Assembly (NCBI GenBank): GCA_965207445.1
Contig: CBDBLX010000001.1
Span: forward strand, 1-64,000
Source of the DNA: Nitrosopumilus sp.
Lineage (GTDB): Archaea > Thermoproteota > Nitrososphaeria > Nitrososphaerales > Nitrosopumilaceae
Direction of reading: 5' to 3'
DNA: 64,000 nt
Part shown: positions 60,585 through 64,000 of the stretch, piece by piece
Numbering within the stretch: the stretch's first letter is position 1
Layout of the letters: each line of letters begins with the position of its first letter
Made by a program: the position numbers and the translations under genes
Notes under the pieces: model-generated
Database searches by the model: none
The model's input: the letters and a program-made list of their open reading frames with translations, nothing else
What the model was told of the DNA's origin: nothing

Positions 60585-60837
60585 TTGATTTTTTGACTTT
60601 GTTTTGGTTGCTGGATTTTGACTTTGTTTTGGTTGTGATGTTGTCTGAGGTAGTGTTGTTGTCTGAGGTGCTAATGGTTGTTTTTTCTTTTCCAGATGTG
60701 TGTTCTCTTTTTTTGACTTTTCTATCAGAGTCATTAATAGGGCTTGTTCTTGCTCGCTCATATAGAATTGCTCCTACCAGCCCAGCAGCAAACAACACAG
60801 TGCATATAATTGGAATATAATCAAATATTTCTGTCAT
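60577..60837 (-). CDS. Small single-TM protein upstream of lhr
   Basis: MTEIFDYIPIICTVLFAAGLVGAILYER TM then a basic tail; TTTTTAA box ~25 nt upstream; stop overlaps the GTG of lhr. Confidence 0.6.
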   Translation of the reverse strand: MTEIFDYIPIICTVLFAAGLVGAILYERARTSPINDSDRKVKKREHTSGKEKTTISTSDNNTTSDNITTKTKSKSSNQNKVKKSSD

Positions 60838-62057
60838 GTTAGGGTTTTTGATAACTACCGTTAAAAATCTTAAGATTGACCAGCAATCTTGTAACTATTT
60901 TACGGCATGAGTAATAAAGCAACTAAAAAATCGCAATGACGCGTGACTTTAATCTGTGTTAGAATTTGTGAGTGTCATCATATCAAACATAATTCCTCTC
61001 AAATGGTATTGTAAGCTCAAAAAAAAAGAATCAAAATTGATCTCAATTATACAAAACACACAAGTGTAAAAATACACCAAATAGTTGGACATAAAATTAG
61101 AGTAAAAAATACAATCTAAAAAATATTATATGTCTACATTTAATATATATTTAATATACATTTAATATATATTCAACACACATGCACAATACTCATAATC
61201 ATTTCTCACTAAACCAAACATCAACAAACTTTACCAGTAACCGTTCAACCCCCCCCCCCCCCCCCCCCACCTCACACTGTAACACTACACAAAACTGCCC
61301 AGTACAATTGTCTTGATTGTGGTGCAAAATTTCAAGCTAAAAATAACCTTCCACCAAACGGTCAGTTCGATTACTCTGTAATTCGCTATGTGGCATATCA
61401 ACTCTCGCACAGAAAGACTCCTAAAATATTTCACAAGATTTTAAGAACCTGTACAAACTAGACGTTTCTGATACGACAATTCGTAATATATACGACCGTC
61501 AAACTATACTGCTAAAACCCATAAGAGATGGTTTCATGGCTGAATTAGAAAAATCACAGTCAGTAATCATGAATGAGACCGAATACAAAGGTGAGCCCAA
61601 AAGATGGATAATGGCAGTTAGAAACGATGACACCGTAGCGTACCTGCACTCTCAGAATCGTAGTACAACAGATCTCATAGCACAGGCCGAAAACTGTATT
61701 GGTGCAATAAGTCGAGATGGATACCGCGGATATGATACTGTATTTCCAAATCACATAAAACAGCGCTGCACACAACACATTGTGCAGGAGAGTGGAACCA
61801 TTTCAAATCGTAGTGAACTTGAATCTGCTACCAATTTGTATAATGAGTTGAACAAAAAATTTATCGCGTTGCGCAAATGGACTCGTGGCAACTACTCTTT
61901 AAAGAGTAGGCGTTCATATGTTACAAAACTTCAAAAATGGTTGTGTGGTATAATATCTAGATACAAAAAAAGCAGGTATGAAATAATGAAAAAGTTTGGC
62001 ACCACACTAGAAAACACAGCGCCCGAACTATTTACATTTGTTTTGTATCCAATTATA

Positions 62058-63728
62058 GAGGTTGGTGCGTAATTGACATTTGGCCTCCTGTGACCCTTCT
62101 GTGAGCTTGGTTTATTGCACATTCAATCTACAAAAGACTGAAACCTATCTATAGTGCGTTTCGTTTTTGAATATGCATGTGTGTTTTAGCAGACAGATTA
62201 TAGAACATAAAACGTGCAAGTGTGATAGCAGTCACTATCATTGGTATGATGGAATTTTTTGCCCTTTTTCATGAGCGCAGATAAATCTGTTCAGGACGTT
62301 GATGTTCCATGCAATCGATAGTATTTTACCAAACCGCTTTTGATTTTTGGCCAGACGCATACGACAGTGTAGCCTGTGATTCTTTGTCTCTTCTGCTCCA
62401 AATATTGCCTCGATAAGTGCGCGTTGTTTGTATGCATCTTGGTCAAAGATCTCCGCTGCTTTTTTTCTGCTTGGTTTACCACGGTTTGTATTACCTGCGC
62501 CATCTGTATGATTGCGCTGCTTTATGTTCGGTTTCATGTTTGCATTGAATATTATCTCACAGTTTTGATCCGAGTCATATCCCTTGTCTCCGTTGAATAA
62601 GCGTTCTTCAATCTGTGTATAGTTTTTTACGAGAAAGCTGACCATATATGGAAGCATTGACGTGTCACTCACATTGCTTGGAGTTGTGTATGATGCAAGT
62701 ACGATCTGGTGTCCGGTTATCGCAGTAATGTGATATTTTAGGTACGTCTTGATGCGTGTCGGCTCAAAGTCTTGTAGTACATGATTAGGTCTTTCTTGTT
62801 TTTCGTACCTGTCAGTCTCTACCCCACTACTGTCTATCCCAATCGGAGCGGTAGGTCCTTTTTTTACGTCTTGTTTACCGCTCTCAAAATCCTCGGATCC
62901 GTGCGTAAGTATGGACTCTTTGTCTTTTATCGGTACCGGATCTGTCCCAGATTTTTCAAGTTCATCTAGACACATATTGGCAGTATATGCTAAAATAGAA
63001 TCAAGCCAGTCGAGATCAATTGTTTGCATATGTTTGGTTACCCAACTATAATCAGGCTTCGTCTCGTCAACCCATTCATCATGCATATGTCCAAGCTCAT
63101 TTACCACGTCACGAAAAGGAATATTTTTTGCAACTTTTAAAAGACACAAAAAATCCATCTTGTCACGAGAGTGTACCGGCTTGCATCCTCTATTTGTTTT
63201 CTTTTCCTTGCACGGATGTGGGTTTTTTCGTATCGCCGACAGCAAGGTCTTGCGCATAAAATCCGGCTCAGATTTGCGTGCCTGTTCGTAATACTGCCAA
63301 TAACCTTCGCGTCGCTTGTGCTGCTCTGTCACTATACGGTCTGCTTCCATAATCTGTTCTTATTTGAGACCCACCCACTAAATTTACACAAACAACAAGC
63401 AGGCGCCACATTCATCACAAACCATGCATTGTAATGGGCGACATTCTGTGTAGTATAGCATGTTGTGGCAACCCACCATATGTCGTCGTTCCACCACACT
63501 TCACAAACGATACGTTGATAACATTGGCTAGTCAACGTTGTTTAGCATCCCCTCTGTTATTATCACAATTATTCAATTGGGATGCCCCTATAAGTAACTT
63601 TTGGTATGCGCGCAGATACTTTTATATATGAGCTTATTAAATATATGTACATAAAACTCTGGCGATATTTGCAGATGGCTTTGCAAGTACGGTGCAGGTG
63701 GCGATTTGATGAATTACGCACCAACCAC
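62058..63728 (-). mobile_element. Intact IS5/IS4-like (DDE_Tnp_1) insertion sequence, 1671 bp
   Basis: 17-bp TIR G(A/T)GGTTGGTGCGTAATT; 9-bp TSD CCAATTATA at 62049-62057 and 63729-63737. Confidence 0.93.
62238..63350 (-). CDS. DDE transposase
   Basis: IGIDSSG, KYH, GDKGYDS, YKQRALIEAIFG. Confidence 0.93.
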   Translation of the reverse strand: MEADRIVTEQHKRREGYWQYYEQARKSEPDFMRKTLLSAIRKNPHPCKEKKTNRGCKPVHSRDKMDFLCLLKVAKNIPFRDVVNELGHMHDEWVDETKPDYSWVTKHMQTIDLDWLDSILAYTANMCLDELEKSGTDPVPIKDKESILTHGSEDFESGKQDVKKGPTAPIGIDSSGVETDRYEKQERPNHVLQDFEPTRIKTYLKYHITAITGHQIVLASYTTPSNVSDTSMLPYMVSFLVKNYTQIEERLFNGDKGYDSDQNCEIIFNANMKPNIKQRNHTDGAGNTNRGKPSRKKAAEIFDQDAYKQRALIEAIFGAEETKNHRLHCRMRLAKNQKRFGKILSIAWNINVLNRFICAHEKGQKIPSYQ

Positions 63729-64000
63729 CCAATTATACCACAAATCTTGGAGAACAGTCAATGAAACCTGTAATAGGTCAGAGGAACAGTCGTCTGCAGT
63801 TGAAGAGTGACAAGGGGCAGAAAATCTCTGTGTAATATTTAGTTGTGTTGAGACGTGGAAGATGCGTGGACTAAATGTTTAGTAGTTGTGTAAAACTATT
63901 GGTCCATCGTCTGATGATATATCTTAAAAATATATGATCTTGTTATTATGCCAAAATAGGTTGGTTCATACCACAAAATCCATGGGCGACACACCACCTG

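Larger units (their letters stand above)
61237..63885 (+). pseudogene. Degenerate IS66 element interrupted by a nested IS
   Basis: End GTAACCGTTCAACCCC at 61237; CLDCG...GQFDY, SRDGYRGY, QRCTQH and PELFTFVLYP before the insertion; TNLGEQSMK...SCVETWK after 63737. Confidence 0.85.

Overview
AT-rich chromosomal segment of an ammonia-oxidising archaeon (Nitrososphaerota, Nitrosopumilaceae-like). The lineage is inferred from CFI-box-CTERM and IPxWIKxxAxWW surface proteins, the Rieske/cytochrome b type, and the nurA-herA-mre11-rad50 and grpE-dnaK-dnaJ operons. Many IS remnants and low-complexity insertions in core proteins suggest a host-associated lineage. 0-21 kb: copper/respiration and cell-surface cluster with two type-1 cupredoxins, bc-complex Rieske and cytochrome b, His/Met-repeat exported proteins and a MoxR-DUF58-VWA module. 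21-46 kb: mostly core genes (cyoE, DSB-repair operon, DUR3-type urea transporter with USP domain, parB-like, Hsp70 operon), plus a deleted IS next to a GC-richer DUF3800 gene that has a convergent structured RNA. 46.3-49.7 kb: the most unusual feature, a 3.3-kb transposase-free element with perfect 19-bp terminal inverted repeats and an 8-bp target duplication. It holds ~4.4 tandem 759-bp units, each made of a ~325-nt structured module, a truncated DUF3800 ORF and a convergent promoter-bearing ncRNA candidate. A diverged orphan copy of the module lies at 7.8 kb. 50-64 kb: tRNA-Gln, ABC exporter, an intact IS66 inserted in a candidate ncRNA, RPA, Lhr helicase, and an IS5/IS4-like element nested in an IS66 remnant. 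All calls were made by eye; no searches were run.
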